This document shows, piece after piece, positions 54,897 to 64,000 of a stretch of 64,000 nucleotides of DNA (positions are counted from its first letter, which is position 1; the number at the start of each line of letters is the position of its first letter). Position numbers and translations under genes: made by a program. Source of the stretch: an uncultured Thermodesulfobacteriaceae bacterium (lineage in GTDB: Bacteria > Desulfobacterota > Dissulfuribacteria > Dissulfuribacterales > UBA3076); assembly GCA_964646435.1 (NCBI GenBank), contig CAZYEJ010000006.1:1965-65964 (forward strand), in the 5' to 3' direction. The notes beneath the pieces were generated by a model. It made no database searches, was not told the origin of the DNA, and saw nothing but the letters and a program-made list of their open reading frames with translations.

Positions 54897-57091
54897 GAAA
54901 CCCAGCCTCCAATACCCAAAAGCTCAAAGTGGAATGTAAAGCGGGTTTCGTCCTCGTCTTTTTTCAACTTGCCTTCAAAGGCCCAACAGGTCGATTGATA
55001 CCGGAGACCATAGACGGATTCAACCCCTGAGCTTTCGGAGAGATTCCTCTTTAACCGATACATTCCATACCAGGAAGGTGAAAGTGCGGTATATATTTCC
55101 AGGTTAAGTTCATTTATGTGAGCAAGGCAGTTATACCTATATTCCAGGTCCAGACGATCTCCTGCGGAATTTGATAAGCGTCCCAGGAAATTGTACTTAG
55201 TAAAGCCCTTTCCATAGACATTGTAGTCAGTGTCATAACGCATGAAAAGGTTGGGAAAGAGTTTAAAATCCAACTCGGCATAAATGTCTGAAAAATGTCT
55301 AGGGTCATCTTCACCAGGCAGGTCTCTCTTGCTCTCCCTGGTGTCGTAACTCTGCTCCAAGTAAAACCTTACAGCGTCTGTGTATGCAAATTTGTTATTG
55401 CCAAGGGTGGTTTTGCTGCTAAGGAACGAGAGCAGGGATAGTGTAATTCTATTTGTAGGTTCAAGCCGGTCCATGGCGTCGATGTCAGGCAGGTCGTCCT
55501 GGTTCTCAGAAGGACGATACTGGTAAGTCAGCCTTGGCCGTATGCTGTGTCTCATAGTCTTTTCGCCAGAAAGGCAGTAGGTCCGTCCAAAAGTTGTGCT
55601 CAGATCGGTTTTCAGGTTATAGAGCAGCCTGTTGGGATAGTTATCAGGGTCCTGATCCGGATCATGGCCGCTGGTCTCATACATGGTCTCTTCAATGGAC
55701 CCGCTTAAAGTTAAATCTGCCAAGTTATATAGGTTCAACGGCAAGGATACACTCGGTTCCATATGCAGGCGTTGTTCCCTAATGCCTACCTCCCTCCAGT
55801 AATGTACATACGAGGTAGCCCAATCATAGTAAAAAGGGGAATTAAAGAGAGGCTTTTTGAATCCGTGAAGCACCAACCGGGGATATGTCTGTACAGTGGA
55901 ATCCTGTTTCCCTACTTCGTCCTCAGAGATATTATCGTTATACCGGCCTTCGCCTCCAAAAAACATGTCCTGGGCCAGTCTGGTTATCTGGAGAGTTGAA
56001 GGCCGGATCAGATCCGTTTCATCGGACAGGGAACGGCCAAAGGTCCTTCGGAAGATCTTGTCTGTTTCATCATAACCCATTGGTCCATGATCAAATTCCA
56101 ACAGGTAATCCCTGTCACTGATCAGGTCCACGTCCACCTTTGTCTCAAAGTCCCAGGGAAGTTGTTGGTCAGCCTTTGCCCTCAACCACCAACGTTTTTC
56201 ATTACCTCTTGTGTATCCATTATTGTTGTAGTCATCATCGTCCAGTGTGTCTACCATGAAGTTGTATCGGAGGATGCCTTTGTCTTCCTGGGAGAATACG
56301 TGGCGGAACTCTACTCCTTCCATCCATCCCCTTTTACTCATGGAATGCTGATAAAAAGTGGCATCCATGCTGTCATTAATGGCCCAGAAGAAGGGGACGT
56401 TGAGCTCTGCACCATTCCTATTGGATGTAGTGAAGTAGGGTAACAGTAATCCTGTCTTTCTGTATTTATTTATGGGTAGCACAACCCAGGGGCTGTAGAG
56501 TATAGGAATGTCCCTTATATTGAAGAAACTGCTTTTGGCAACAGCCATGCCACCAATCGTGAGTTTAAGGTCTCGACACTTAAAATTCCACGCCTGTTTG
56601 GGAAGGGGACAGGTGCTGATGGTGGCATATTTTGCCTTATATTCTTCAGGGCCTGTCTTCCAAATCTTTTTGGCCAGAAGGTGAATGTTGTTTCTCTGCA
56701 AGAAAAGATCGGCATTCTCTACTGTGCCTGTAGATGTATTGAGATCCAGTTCTCCTTCGGTTCCCTTCAGCACATCCATGTCGAGGTATATGACCACATT
56801 GCCATTTGCCCGTACTATGTCATTACGCCTGTCATAAATGATTCGGTCTGCACAGACCTTGAGATCACCCCTCCAGACCTGGACCGCGCCTTCACCCAAA
56901 ATCACATCTGAAGAGTGGAAATAAGTTAGCTGAAGGGCCTCTATGCGCCAGGGCTCAGTTCCTGGTGACGGACTTGTCTCGAATTCAGAAGATGTTTTTT
57001 CTTCTGAGGCCGTCAGACCTGTTGCCGGAAGCATCAGCAAAAAAGCCAGTATGAGTAGAACGTTTTTTTGGATATAAGCGTGACTTTTCAT
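54887..57091 (-). CDS. lptD: LPS-assembly outer-membrane protein LptD
   Basis: Signal peptide after M31 (MKSHAYIQKNVLLILAFLLML), an OstA-like N-terminal domain, and a large beta-barrel region. The tracked start at 57181 would overlap the PHP gene. Confidence 0.8.
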   Translation of the reverse strand: MKSHAYIQKNVLLILAFLLMLPATGLTASEEKTSSEFETSPSPGTEPWRIEALQLTYFHSSDVILGEGAVQVWRGDLKVCADRIIYDRRNDIVRANGNVVIYLDMDVLKGTEGELDLNTSTGTVENADLFLQRNNIHLLAKKIWKTGPEEYKAKYATISTCPLPKQAWNFKCRDLKLTIGGMAVAKSSFFNIRDIPILYSPWVVLPINKYRKTGLLLPYFTTSNRNGAELNVPFFWAINDSMDATFYQHSMSKRGWMEGVEFRHVFSQEDKGILRYNFMVDTLDDDDYNNNGYTRGNEKRWWLRAKADQQLPWDFETKVDVDLISDRDYLLEFDHGPMGYDETDKIFRRTFGRSLSDETDLIRPSTLQITRLAQDMFFGGEGRYNDNISEDEVGKQDSTVQTYPRLVLHGFKKPLFNSPFYYDWATSYVHYWREVGIREQRLHMEPSVSLPLNLYNLADLTLSGSIEETMYETSGHDPDQDPDNYPNRLLYNLKTDLSTTFGRTYCLSGEKTMRHSIRPRLTYQYRPSENQDDLPDIDAMDRLEPTNRITLSLLSFLSSKTTLGNNKFAYTDAVRFYLEQSYDTRESKRDLPGEDDPRHFSDIYAELDFKLFPNLFMRYDTDYNVYGKGFTKYNFLGRLSNSAGDRLDLEYRYNCLAHINELNLEIYTALSPSWYGMYRLKRNLSESSGVESVYGLRYQSTCWAFEGKLKKDEDETRFTFHFELLGIGGWVSRN

Positions 57092-57150
57092 AACCTGTAT
57101 CCGTTTAGTATCATATGGACATGGTGCTTTCAATAAATAGAGGCTAAAAC

Positions 57151-57828
57151 TTAAAACCTTTTCAGAATCTTGTTTCTCCAAAGCATCTTTAAATTGATTT
57201 TTAGCAGGAGGAACAGGGGAAGGGGGCGAGTGACTATCTGGACCTTGCCGGACTTGACGGCCTGGATAATTGACTCCGGATCAGGTTCTGCTTCTATGAG
57301 CGAGTAAGTTGTGTGGAACTGGCATCTTTGGTGGGCGTCAGAAGTACCAATCATTGGGAGATTGTGTTCTTTTGCAAATTTTATTGCAGGGCGGTTAAAG
57401 TCCAGTCGTTTAGTATAACAGTGGCAATGCTCCACTGCGTCAAAAAGATTGACGTGTCGTCTCAGCATGCCCCTGAGTGCTACAGGACTGGGAAAGTATG
57501 GGTGAGGAGCAACTATCAGATTGTCGGGCCTCTTCAAGTATTCCAAGTTAGCGATTTTGTCGCGTTTTACCTGTTTAAAATCCAGGTTATGGAGAAGTAC
57601 ATGCCGGCCTTGAATTGTTGCCTCCATACCCGGTATCAGCACTATTCCTCTTTCCCTGGCATAATCTCTGAGATATTCGCTATAGGTAACACAGTTGTGG
57701 TTGGTTATGGCCAGTACCGAGTATCCCAGCCTGTGGGCCGTGTCTATAAGTTCGGTCGCGCTGTACAGGATAAGATCTTCAGGGTCTTCAGAAGTATGAA
57801 TGTGAAGGTCTGTTTTTAAAAAAGTCAT
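57151..57828 (-). CDS. PHP-domain phosphoesterase
   Basis: DLHIHTSEDP...AITNHN...GTSDAH. Confidence 0.8.
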   Translation of the reverse strand: MTFLKTDLHIHTSEDPEDLILYSATELIDTAHRLGYSVLAITNHNCVTYSEYLRDYARERGIVLIPGMEATIQGRHVLLHNLDFKQVKRDKIANLEYLKRPDNLIVAPHPYFPSPVALRGMLRRHVNLFDAVEHCHCYTKRLDFNRPAIKFAKEHNLPMIGTSDAHQRCQFHTTYSLIEAEPDPESIIQAVKSGKVQIVTRPLPLFLLLKINLKMLWRNKILKRF

Positions 57829-57832
57829 AAAT

Positions 57833-58333
57833 TCAGTGGGGACTTCTCCTGATATGAAGCATATAAAGAAGTGGAGAGAGGCCGATCTCCAGTAATGTAA
57901 AGCAGAAAATTATCAGGATTATCTCAGTCCAGCAAATAAAAAGGCTGTCCTTGAGTACCCACAAGGGTAGAAATGACTCAAGGCCTTGATCCAGCAAAAG
58001 GGCATTACTCCCACTTTTCAGGCCCATGCGTCGTTTTGTAAAGCTTGAGATCAGATCACCGGACATGGAACATAAGGCGAGTTTAAGCCCGAGAATAAAG
58101 CCTAATGGCGTGAAGTGACCGGCCAGACCAGTCCCAATGACTGAAATAATTATTCCCCTCCAGGTCTTGTGCGGGCCCAATAGATAACGATTATCTATCC
58201 ACTTGTACCCCAGGTCCAAAGGAACGGAAAGTCGTTCCTTGAGGACGACCCTCCCCAGTATAGGCAGGACATTGCTCCAGCCAATAAGGATCAGAATCAG
58301 GATATCCCGCTGCCACAGATGTAGTTCTGCCAT
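57833..58333 (-). CDS. CDP-archaeol synthase-like (CarS/DUF46 family) membrane protein
   Basis: LGPHKTWRG and GDLISSFTKRRMGLKSGSNALLLDQ match the CarS-family signatures as recalled. Length 166 aa. Confidence 0.55.
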   Translation of the reverse strand: MAELHLWQRDILILILIGWSNVLPILGRVVLKERLSVPLDLGYKWIDNRYLLGPHKTWRGIIISVIGTGLAGHFTPLGFILGLKLALCSMSGDLISSFTKRRMGLKSGSNALLLDQGLESFLPLWVLKDSLFICWTEIILIIFCFTLLEIGLSPLLYMLHIRRSPH

Positions 58334-58345
58334 TTTGTAAGTGGA

Positions 58346-59044
58346 TCAGTATCTTCGTAACATAACAAGATTTCGACGAAAACTACTAACAGGTGTTTGA
58401 GTTTTTATGATACCGGTCTTCCATCCATGCCTTTGGAGATAGCCCATTTTTTCTTCCAGTTCTTCATCTGCCTTTGGCCCCTTCATGGCTATTACCAGAC
58501 CATTTGGTGACATTAAAGGCCGGGCCATGCGGGCAAGCTCATCCAGAGGTCCCACTGCCTGGCTGACAATTACATCAAAGCCTTCAGGGGGGAGATGCCT
58601 TGGTATATCTTTGGGACCTACTCGGCAGTGCTCTGCCCAGATACCTGTAAGACCAATTATTGCGATCACAGTATTGAGAAATGAGACCTTCTTCCGAATG
58701 GCGTCAATAAGCACTATTTCAAGATCGGGACGAAACAGCTTGAGGATTAATCCTGGAACACCGGGGCCTGTACCTATATCCAGTACGTGATGGACACCCT
58801 CCGGCAAAAAACGAATCAGGGTCAAGGTATCACCGACGTGCTTGACGGCCATTTCCTCCATGGTCTTGAGGCCGGTGAGGTTGATGCACCGGTTCCAGGA
58901 GTAAAGCTCCCTTAGATAGACTCTGAGGTTTGTTATGAGCTCCCCTGATGGCGTTACGCCACCTTCCTTCAAGAGCTCATGTAATAGAGGCTCAATATTC
59001 TGATTCGTGAGATAGGTTGGCAAAGGTAGCGTACTTGTCCACAA
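58346..59044 (-). CDS. rsmG: 16S rRNA (guanine527-N7)-methyltransferase RsmG
   Basis: WNRCINLTG...HVLDIGTGPGVPGL. The TTG start overlaps the dnaB 3' end, so the exact start is uncertain. Confidence 0.85.
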   Translation of the reverse strand: MWTSTLPLPTYLTNQNIEPLLHELLKEGGVTPSGELITNLRVYLRELYSWNRCINLTGLKTMEEMAVKHVGDTLTLIRFLPEGVHHVLDIGTGPGVPGLILKLFRPDLEIVLIDAIRKKVSFLNTVIAIIGLTGIWAEHCRVGPKDIPRHLPPEGFDVIVSQAVGPLDELARMARPLMSPNGLVIAMKGPKADEELEEKMGYLQRHGWKTGIIKTQTPVSSFRRNLVMLRRY

Positions 59045-60362
59045 AGACCAGCTTTATAATACCAATGGGACCGTTTCTCTGTTTGGCCACAATGATTTCA
59101 GCCATACCCTTGTTCGGATTGTCTTCAGACCGATTATAGACTTCGTCCCGAAAGATAAAGGCTATTACATCAGCGTCCTGTTCTATTGCCCCTGACTCCC
59201 TGAGGTCTGACATCTGTGGTCTTTTATTTGGCCTGTCCTCTACCTTGCGATTAAGCTGAGACAGGGCTACTATAGGGATGTTCAGCTCCTTGGCCATTGC
59301 CTTAAGTGACCTTGAAATCTCGGAAATTTCCTGCTCTCTGCTCTCGTTGCGTCCCCTTCCCCTCATAAGCTGCATGTAATCTACCAATACAAGGCCAAGG
59401 TCGTTTTTGCTCTTAAGCCTCCTGGCCTTGGCCCTTATCTCCATGACAGATAAGGCCGGCGTGTCATCGATAAAGATAGAGGCCTCGGAGAGGTGACCCG
59501 CGGCATTTATAAGCTTTGGCCAGTCCCGCTCACTCAGGAAACCCGTCCTTACCTTCTGTGCGTTCACCCTGGCCTCTGAACACAGCATCCTGATGGCCAG
59601 TTGTTCCTTGGACATTTCCAAAGAGAAGATCGCAACACAAATATCGTTGGCAATAGCAGCGTTCTGAGCGATATTCAGAGCAAAGGCCGTCTTTCCCATG
59701 CTGGGACGACCTGCAATGATAATAAGGTCGGATGGCTGAAACCCTGCAGTCAGCTTGTCCAGTTCTGTAAACCCTGCAGATACACCGGTAATCAGTTCTT
59801 TACGTTCGTACAGATACTCAACCTTTTTGATGCTGTCCCTAAGTATACTCTTAAGAGGGTGGAAGGCCTGACGGATTTTGGTCTGAGAAATTTCAAATAT
59901 GGATGCCTCGGCAGATTCCAGGATCTCGTCTACCTCTCCTGCTTCTTCGTAACAAAGGGCAGATATGTCTGATGCCTTTTGAATAAGCCGGCGGAGGACG
60001 GCCTTATCCCAAACGATTTTGCCGTAGTAGCCGATATTGGCGGCTACTGGCATAGTTTCCGTAATCTCTGCGAGGTAGGCTGCCCCCCCGACCGCTTCAA
60101 GCTTTCCCATGGATTTCAGGGCATTATGAACAGTCACAAGGTCTTGAGGTTCATTTCGGTTAAAAAGATCAAGTATAGCAGTATAGATAATGCTGTGGGC
60201 CTCTTTGTAGAAATCCTCTGGGTGCAGAAACTCAACAACCTTCAGAAGGGCCTGGTCCTCGATTAGAATGCCTCCGAGGATACACTGCTCTGCTTCTACA
60301 TTTTGTGGCGGAAGGCGGTATTTAGCGGGTTTAATAACACTCTCAAGAGATGCTATAGACAT
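58992..60362 (-). CDS. dnaB: Replicative DNA helicase DnaB
   Basis: PPQNVEAEQCILGGIL, GRPSMGKTAFALNIA and ALSQLNR. Confidence 0.96.
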   Translation of the reverse strand: MSIASLESVIKPAKYRLPPQNVEAEQCILGGILIEDQALLKVVEFLHPEDFYKEAHSIIYTAILDLFNRNEPQDLVTVHNALKSMGKLEAVGGAAYLAEITETMPVAANIGYYGKIVWDKAVLRRLIQKASDISALCYEEAGEVDEILESAEASIFEISQTKIRQAFHPLKSILRDSIKKVEYLYERKELITGVSAGFTELDKLTAGFQPSDLIIIAGRPSMGKTAFALNIAQNAAIANDICVAIFSLEMSKEQLAIRMLCSEARVNAQKVRTGFLSERDWPKLINAAGHLSEASIFIDDTPALSVMEIRAKARRLKSKNDLGLVLVDYMQLMRGRGRNESREQEISEISRSLKAMAKELNIPIVALSQLNRKVEDRPNKRPQMSDLRESGAIEQDADVIAFIFRDEVYNRSEDNPNKGMAEIIVAKQRNGPIGIIKLVFVDKYATFANLSHESEY

Positions 60363-60381
60363 TTTTGTAGATTACTCAATG

Positions 60382-60834
60382 TCACAAAGATTCCTGTGGG
60401 ACCACATTGACTTTGACTATGACCTTGACATCAGGGCTGAGTTTTACAGGGACCTCAAATTCACCAAGGGCCTTGATGGGCTCATCCAGCTGTATCTTCT
60501 TGCGATCAATTGAATATCCTTGTGATTCTATAACGTTGGCTATGTCAAGATTGGTAACGGAGCCATAAAGCCGATCCATTTCACCTACCCGGACCGGGAT
60601 GGTAATTTCCAGATCACCAAGCTTGGTGGCCAGGGCATCAAATTCGTCATGCTCCTTGGCAGCCTTGGCCAGGATAGAGGCCTGTTGACGCTCAATCTGA
60701 GACATATTCTTTTTGTTGGCAAATATGGCCTTGCCTTTAGGCAGCAGGAAATTGCGGGCATAGCCATTTGCGACCTTGACCATGTCTCCGGCCTTCCCAA
60801 GAGAAGGGATAGTTTCTTTAAGAATGATTTCCAT
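60382..60834 (-). CDS. rplI: 50S ribosomal protein L9
   Basis: MEIILKETIPSLGKAGDMVKVANGYARNFLLPKGKA. Confidence 0.95.
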   Translation of the reverse strand: MEIILKETIPSLGKAGDMVKVANGYARNFLLPKGKAIFANKKNMSQIERQQASILAKAAKEHDEFDALATKLGDLEITIPVRVGEMDRLYGSVTNLDIANVIESQGYSIDRKKIQLDEPIKALGEFEVPVKLSPDVKVIVKVNVVPQESL

Positions 60835-60891
60835 TTATCTGAAACCTCGATAAAATATTTATGTTGAAAATAATTTATGAATTGACGGTTC

Positions 60892-61833
60892 TCAAGATTC
60901 TCTGGCTGATGGTGCCCTGACTCTCAGATCAAACCATACATCAAATACTCCTATAATAACAATAAGTATTAGACCATACCACTGGATGCAAAGCAATATA
61001 TATGTAATCCAACGGATGAATGCAGGAACCTTCAGTCTTTCAAAATAAAAGGCAACTACCGCCAGTCCTTGCAATAAATAAATACTGCTCAGTACCAGCA
61101 GGGCATTTTCTCCGCAGACCTTAAGTATACCTTTTCCCAAAAAGGCCGATGCACCTGCTGTTATTATCACCCAGATAAGTGGTTCAGGTAGTTTCCACTG
61201 AGTGAACACCGGCGCAAACACCTCGTTTTTGAGCCTTTTGGCCAGATATATTTTTGGTACTGATATATTACTCAGGCTTATAAACAGAAAGACTGAACCC
61301 AATAGCCCCGGCAAAAAATGTATAATGACTTCTTTAAATTGCCGGAACCAGTTTTCTAATTCTACCTGGTATATGCCGGATGATTTCTCTTTATAGAGAA
61401 ACAGACTCTGATCCATATCCTCGGATATTGCCTGAACAACCTTATTATATCCGTCAAGCAAATCAAGGCCTGATCCGGCACTGAGTACAACTATGAATGT
61501 TACACAAAGATAGGCAAAACCTGCCAGAAGGGTCTTGATCCCGGACCAATCCTGTTTTCTCGCGACCACTAGGACCATGGCAAGCCCTGCAGTCTGGATC
61601 AACCATACTAAAGCCTCCGGCTTCATGGTCAGCCAACAAAGCAAAACCCCTAAGGCAAAGTTCCCAAAAATAATTGAGGTTGCCAGACCAAGACTGATGC
61701 CTTCGGTCAATACAACAAGAATTCCTGGTGCTACAAGTTGGAACAGAGGCGCGATCCCCCCAACTATAAGGGGTACTAAAAGAACGACAGAAGCCAGTGT
61801 CCACTTGCTTGAGAGGTTTGGAGGAAAAACCAA
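60892..61833 (-). CDS. DUF2232-like polytopic membrane protein
   Basis: Hydrophobic, 313 aa, in the conserved slot between rpsR and rplI. Confidence 0.6.
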   Translation of the reverse strand: MVFPPNLSSKWTLASVVLLVPLIVGGIAPLFQLVAPGILVVLTEGISLGLATSIIFGNFALGVLLCWLTMKPEALVWLIQTAGLAMVLVVARKQDWSGIKTLLAGFAYLCVTFIVVLSAGSGLDLLDGYNKVVQAISEDMDQSLFLYKEKSSGIYQVELENWFRQFKEVIIHFLPGLLGSVFLFISLSNISVPKIYLAKRLKNEVFAPVFTQWKLPEPLIWVIITAGASAFLGKGILKVCGENALLVLSSIYLLQGLAVVAFYFERLKVPAFIRWITYILLCIQWYGLILIVIIGVFDVWFDLRVRAPSARES

Positions 61834-61846
61834 CGGTTATAAATCG

Positions 61847-62122
61847 CTAATCCTTGAGTATATGACCGGAAGTGAATGGCAACAAGGCCATTATCCTGGC
61901 CTGTTTGATGGCTGTAGTCAGGCGTCTTTGATGCTTAGCACAGGTCCCGGTAATACGGCGGGGCAGTATCTTTCCCCTTTCTGTGATAAAATGCCTTAAG
62001 GTTCTGTGGTCTTTATAATCTATGGCCAGGGACTTGTCGGCACAAAAGCGACAGACCTTCCGGCGTATATATATGCGCCGGCGCCCGGTACGATTATTTC
62101 TTGGATTTTGCATTTGTCTCAT
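61847..62122 (-). CDS. rpsR: 30S ribosomal protein S18
   Basis: CRFC...IDYKD...[35 protein letters not shown]. Confidence 0.95.
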   Translation of the reverse strand: MRQMQNPRNNRTGRRRIYIRRKVCRFCADKSLAIDYKDHRTLRHFITERGKILPRRITGTCAKHQRRLTTAIKQARIMALLPFTSGHILKD

Positions 62123-62523
62123 TCCTCTTCTCTTTTCTCAGTGGACTGAGTGGAATCTAAAGCCTCTTCAACAATTTCAGCAGGTGGAGCAGACTCGTCC
62201 CGGGCCTTGGCAAGCGCCTCAGCATCAAACTCATTATTTGTCTTTGTGGTAACGAATTTCATCACGCCCTCATCCAATCGCAGCCTGCGGGTGAGTTCTG
62301 AAATGGATTCGGCAGATGCACCATACTCCATCAGCACATAATAGCCTTGGGGCTGTTTTTGCACCCTGTAAGCAAGTTTCTGTAGGGGCCACGGATCAAT
62401 CTTTACTATTTCGCCATGCCCGCTAATTATGATTTGCTGGAGTTTCTCCGAGATAGCTGTACGTTCCTCGTCACTGAGATCTGGATGGAGGAGATAAAAT
62501 GTTTCGTAATGCCGCAATTTCAT
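62119..62523 (-). CDS. rpsF: 30S ribosomal protein S6
   Basis: [16 protein letters not shown]...[12 protein letters not shown]...GYYVLMEY. Confidence 0.94.
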   Translation of the reverse strand: MKLRHYETFYLLHPDLSDEERTAISEKLQQIIISGHGEIVKIDPWPLQKLAYRVQKQPQGYYVLMEYGASAESISELTRRLRLDEGVMKFVTTKTNNEFDAEALAKARDESAPPAEIVEEALDSTQSTEKREEE

Positions 62524-62760
62524 ATATGGCCTCCCTATGGGCTATATTATATTATCCGGCCCTGATCCAGGATGGATATTGAGTAAATCCTATCAGGGCA
62601 AGGAGGAATAAAAGAGATCTTTCTATTACATGAGACCAGTGCCTGAGTCAAGAACAAATTTCTTTTTTCACCTTGCTTATCAATTGTATATGACCTATTG
62701 TTTTTTTGGAAAAGGCGTAAGAATAGGTACCAAGGGATTTGAACGGCTATGGAGGGAGCT

Positions 62761-63198
62761 ATGCCGGTCATAGAGATAAAGGTGGAACGTGACTTTGAGC
62801 TACTGCAAGATCGGGTAAAACGCTTGGTAGATGATGTCTTTCAGGTTTCAATGCCTGTTATGCTTTCCATGGGAGGCTGGATACCGGCTGTAGACATATA
62901 TGAAAGTCCTGATGCTGTTTATGTTGTGGCGGATACCGCAGGCGTAGACAAGGAGAGTCTGAATCTTATCTTTAAAGGTCAGTTCTTGCATCTGGCCGGC
63001 CGGAGACGTCCACCAGTCAGTTTGGGCAAAGGACGTTTTTATCAGATGGAAATTGAATATGGCCCATTCGAACGTATCATTCGCATTCCCGTGACTGTAG
63101 ATCCAGAGCAGATGGAAGCATATTACGAAAACGGGTTACTCGTTATAAGGATGCTTTGCAAAAAGACGAATAGTACAATAAAAATCGATGTATCCTGA
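62761..63198 (+). CDS. Hsp20/alpha-crystallin small heat-shock protein
   Basis: WIPAVDIYESPDAVYVVADTAGV...ENGLLVIRM. GGAGGG sits 4-5 nt before ATG 62761. The tracked start is 62749. Confidence 0.9.
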   Translation: MPVIEIKVERDFELLQDRVKRLVDDVFQVSMPVMLSMGGWIPAVDIYESPDAVYVVADTAGVDKESLNLIFKGQFLHLAGRRRPPVSLGKGRFYQMEIEYGPFERIIRIPVTVDPEQMEAYYENGLLVIRMLCKKTNSTIKIDVS

Positions 63199-63214
63199 TT
63201 CCAATGTAGTTAGA

Positions 63215-63300
63215 ATCTGAACAAAAAGACCGTTCAGACACAATTTTGAATTCTAAATTTTGAATGTTGAATTAAGGTAGATGTTTTGTAATTATTCAGG
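63215..63300 (+). repeat. R4 module followed by a degenerate R3 copy
   Basis: TCTGAAC-AAAAAGACC-GTTCAGA, then CACAATTTTGAATTCTAAATTTTGAATGTTGAATTAAGGTAGATGTTTTGTAATTATTCAGG. Confidence 0.6.
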
Positions 63301-63349
63301 TGGATAGACTGAAAGTGGAAGGTTTTTAAGGATGTAATTAAGATTGCTT

Positions 63350-64000
63350 ATGAGTAAAAATATACACATAAAAGAGAATACCAAGCACAGTACAATTCGT
63401 GAGCTTCCGGTATTGCCCGGTAAAGAGCTTGTGCTCTTTCCCCACATGGTTGTTTCTTGGGTAGTGGAACAGCCAAATTTCGTAAAGCTGGTTGATGACG
63501 CCCTTGCAGCAGACAGGACCGTAGTGGTAATGAGCGAAAAAAAGGGGGATGGCAAGTCTCTTGGTTTCCACAATATAGGTACTGTGGGCCTGATACTCAG
63601 GATGGCCAAGAATGAGGAGGGCCATGCAAGGCTGATAGTGCAAGGGGTCACCAGGGTGCGGCTTCTGGAGATTACAGAAAAGGAACCTTATATAAAGGCA
63701 AAGGTGGAGCCGGTACAGCACATAGATAGCCATGATCTTAAGATCCAGGCCCTTGCAGTAAATGTCAGGCAGATTTTTTCCAAGGTGTTGGATCTGTCTC
63801 CCAATCTCCCCCGAGAGCTCGGTGCGATGATAATGGGTGTGGAAGATTCAGGTACCTTGGCAGACGTAGTGATCAGCCACCTCAATATTTCAACTGATGA
63901 TAAGCAGACTGTATTGGAAGCCTTGGATGTCAAGGAACGGCTGCAGGCAGCCCTTCGTATTCTGACCGGTCAGTTTGAAATTCTCGAACTTGGACACAAG
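63350..64000 (+). CDS. lon: ATP-dependent protease Lon, N-terminal fragment (runs off the window)
   Basis: An open frame from ATG 63350 to the window end, absent from the track. It reads ELPVLPGKELVLFPHMVVSWVV...VVVMSEKK...IGTVGLILRM...ARLIVQGVTRVRL, which fits the Lon LAN domain. Confidence 0.85.
   Translation, partial: MSKNIHIKENTKHSTIRELPVLPGKELVLFPHMVVSWVVEQPNFVKLVDDALAADRTVVVMSEKKGDGKSLGFHNIGTVGLILRMAKNEEGHARLIVQGVTRVRLLEITEKEPYIKAKVEPVQHIDSHDLKIQALAVNVRQIFSKVLDLSPNLPRELGAMIMGVEDSGTLADVVISHLNISTDDKQTVLEALDVKERLQAALRILTGQFEILELGHK

Noticed and set aside
62524-62748. Heat-shock (sigma32) promoter, ROSE/fourU thermometer upstream of hsp20, and an S6:S18-type leader upstream of rpsF
   Set aside because: I could find only partial matches (CTTGCTT...GACCTATTG, and a CCCTGAT...ATCAGGG hairpin of unclear transcript membership). 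These are not enough to call.

Overview
The window is mostly housekeeping chromosome. Gene content (NIL-ferredoxin, YeeE, MqnA, Cys-type MnmA, RRM protein, four-helix-bundle remnants) suggests an anaerobic Desulfobacterota or deltaproteobacterium-like genome. That is inference only, since no search was possible. Gene order: HAD fragment, tRNA-Gly, rimP-nusA-infB-DUF503-rbfA-DHH-truB-rpsO-pnp-M16 peptidase, dut, MBL hydrolase, aat, hrcA-grpE-dnaK, metallophosphoesterase, RRM protein and csp, YkgJ, and a GC-richer TetR-MFP-RND-OMP efflux cluster ending in a truncated macA-like stub. Then come mqnA, MCE/Mla system 1 (STAS-MlaE, ATPase, MCE, DUF330 lipoprotein), and a repeat-bounded pair of unknown genes. 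A tightly packed 8-gene minus-strand operon follows (mlaE, mlaF-GGDEF-like, mlaD, mlaC, mlaA, NIL-ferredoxin, mnmA, mtaB). The rest is HAD nucleotidase, HDIG protein, aroA, aconitase, usp, DHH-CBS-nucleotidyltransferase, M50 protease, trpS, scpA, yeeE, lptD, PHP, CarS-like, rsmG-dnaB-rplI-DUF2232-rpsR-rpsF, hsp20 and a partial lon. I found no CRISPR array, integrase, transposase, reverse transcriptase or recognisable defence genes. Four things seem most worth a second look. (1) An MlaF ATPase is fused to a degenerate GGDEF-like domain in an Mla operon with no MlaB, while the second MCE system fuses STAS to its permease. (2) A NIL/2x[4Fe-4S] protein abuts a CxxC-type MnmA and MtaB at the end of that lipid-transport operon. 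(3) Almost every intergenic space holds structured repeat families: heptamer-armed hairpins, MITE-like units and nested palindromes. Several overlap or supply stop codons, and their G-U versus A-C asymmetry suggests strand-specific RNA structure. (4) A 774-nt intergenic island (12146-12919) holds a promoter-plus-terminator sRNA candidate, a 45-aa basic ORF and nested palindromes. All calls come from reading the translations and sequence by eye. Repeat coordinates are hand-derived and may be off by a few nucleotides.
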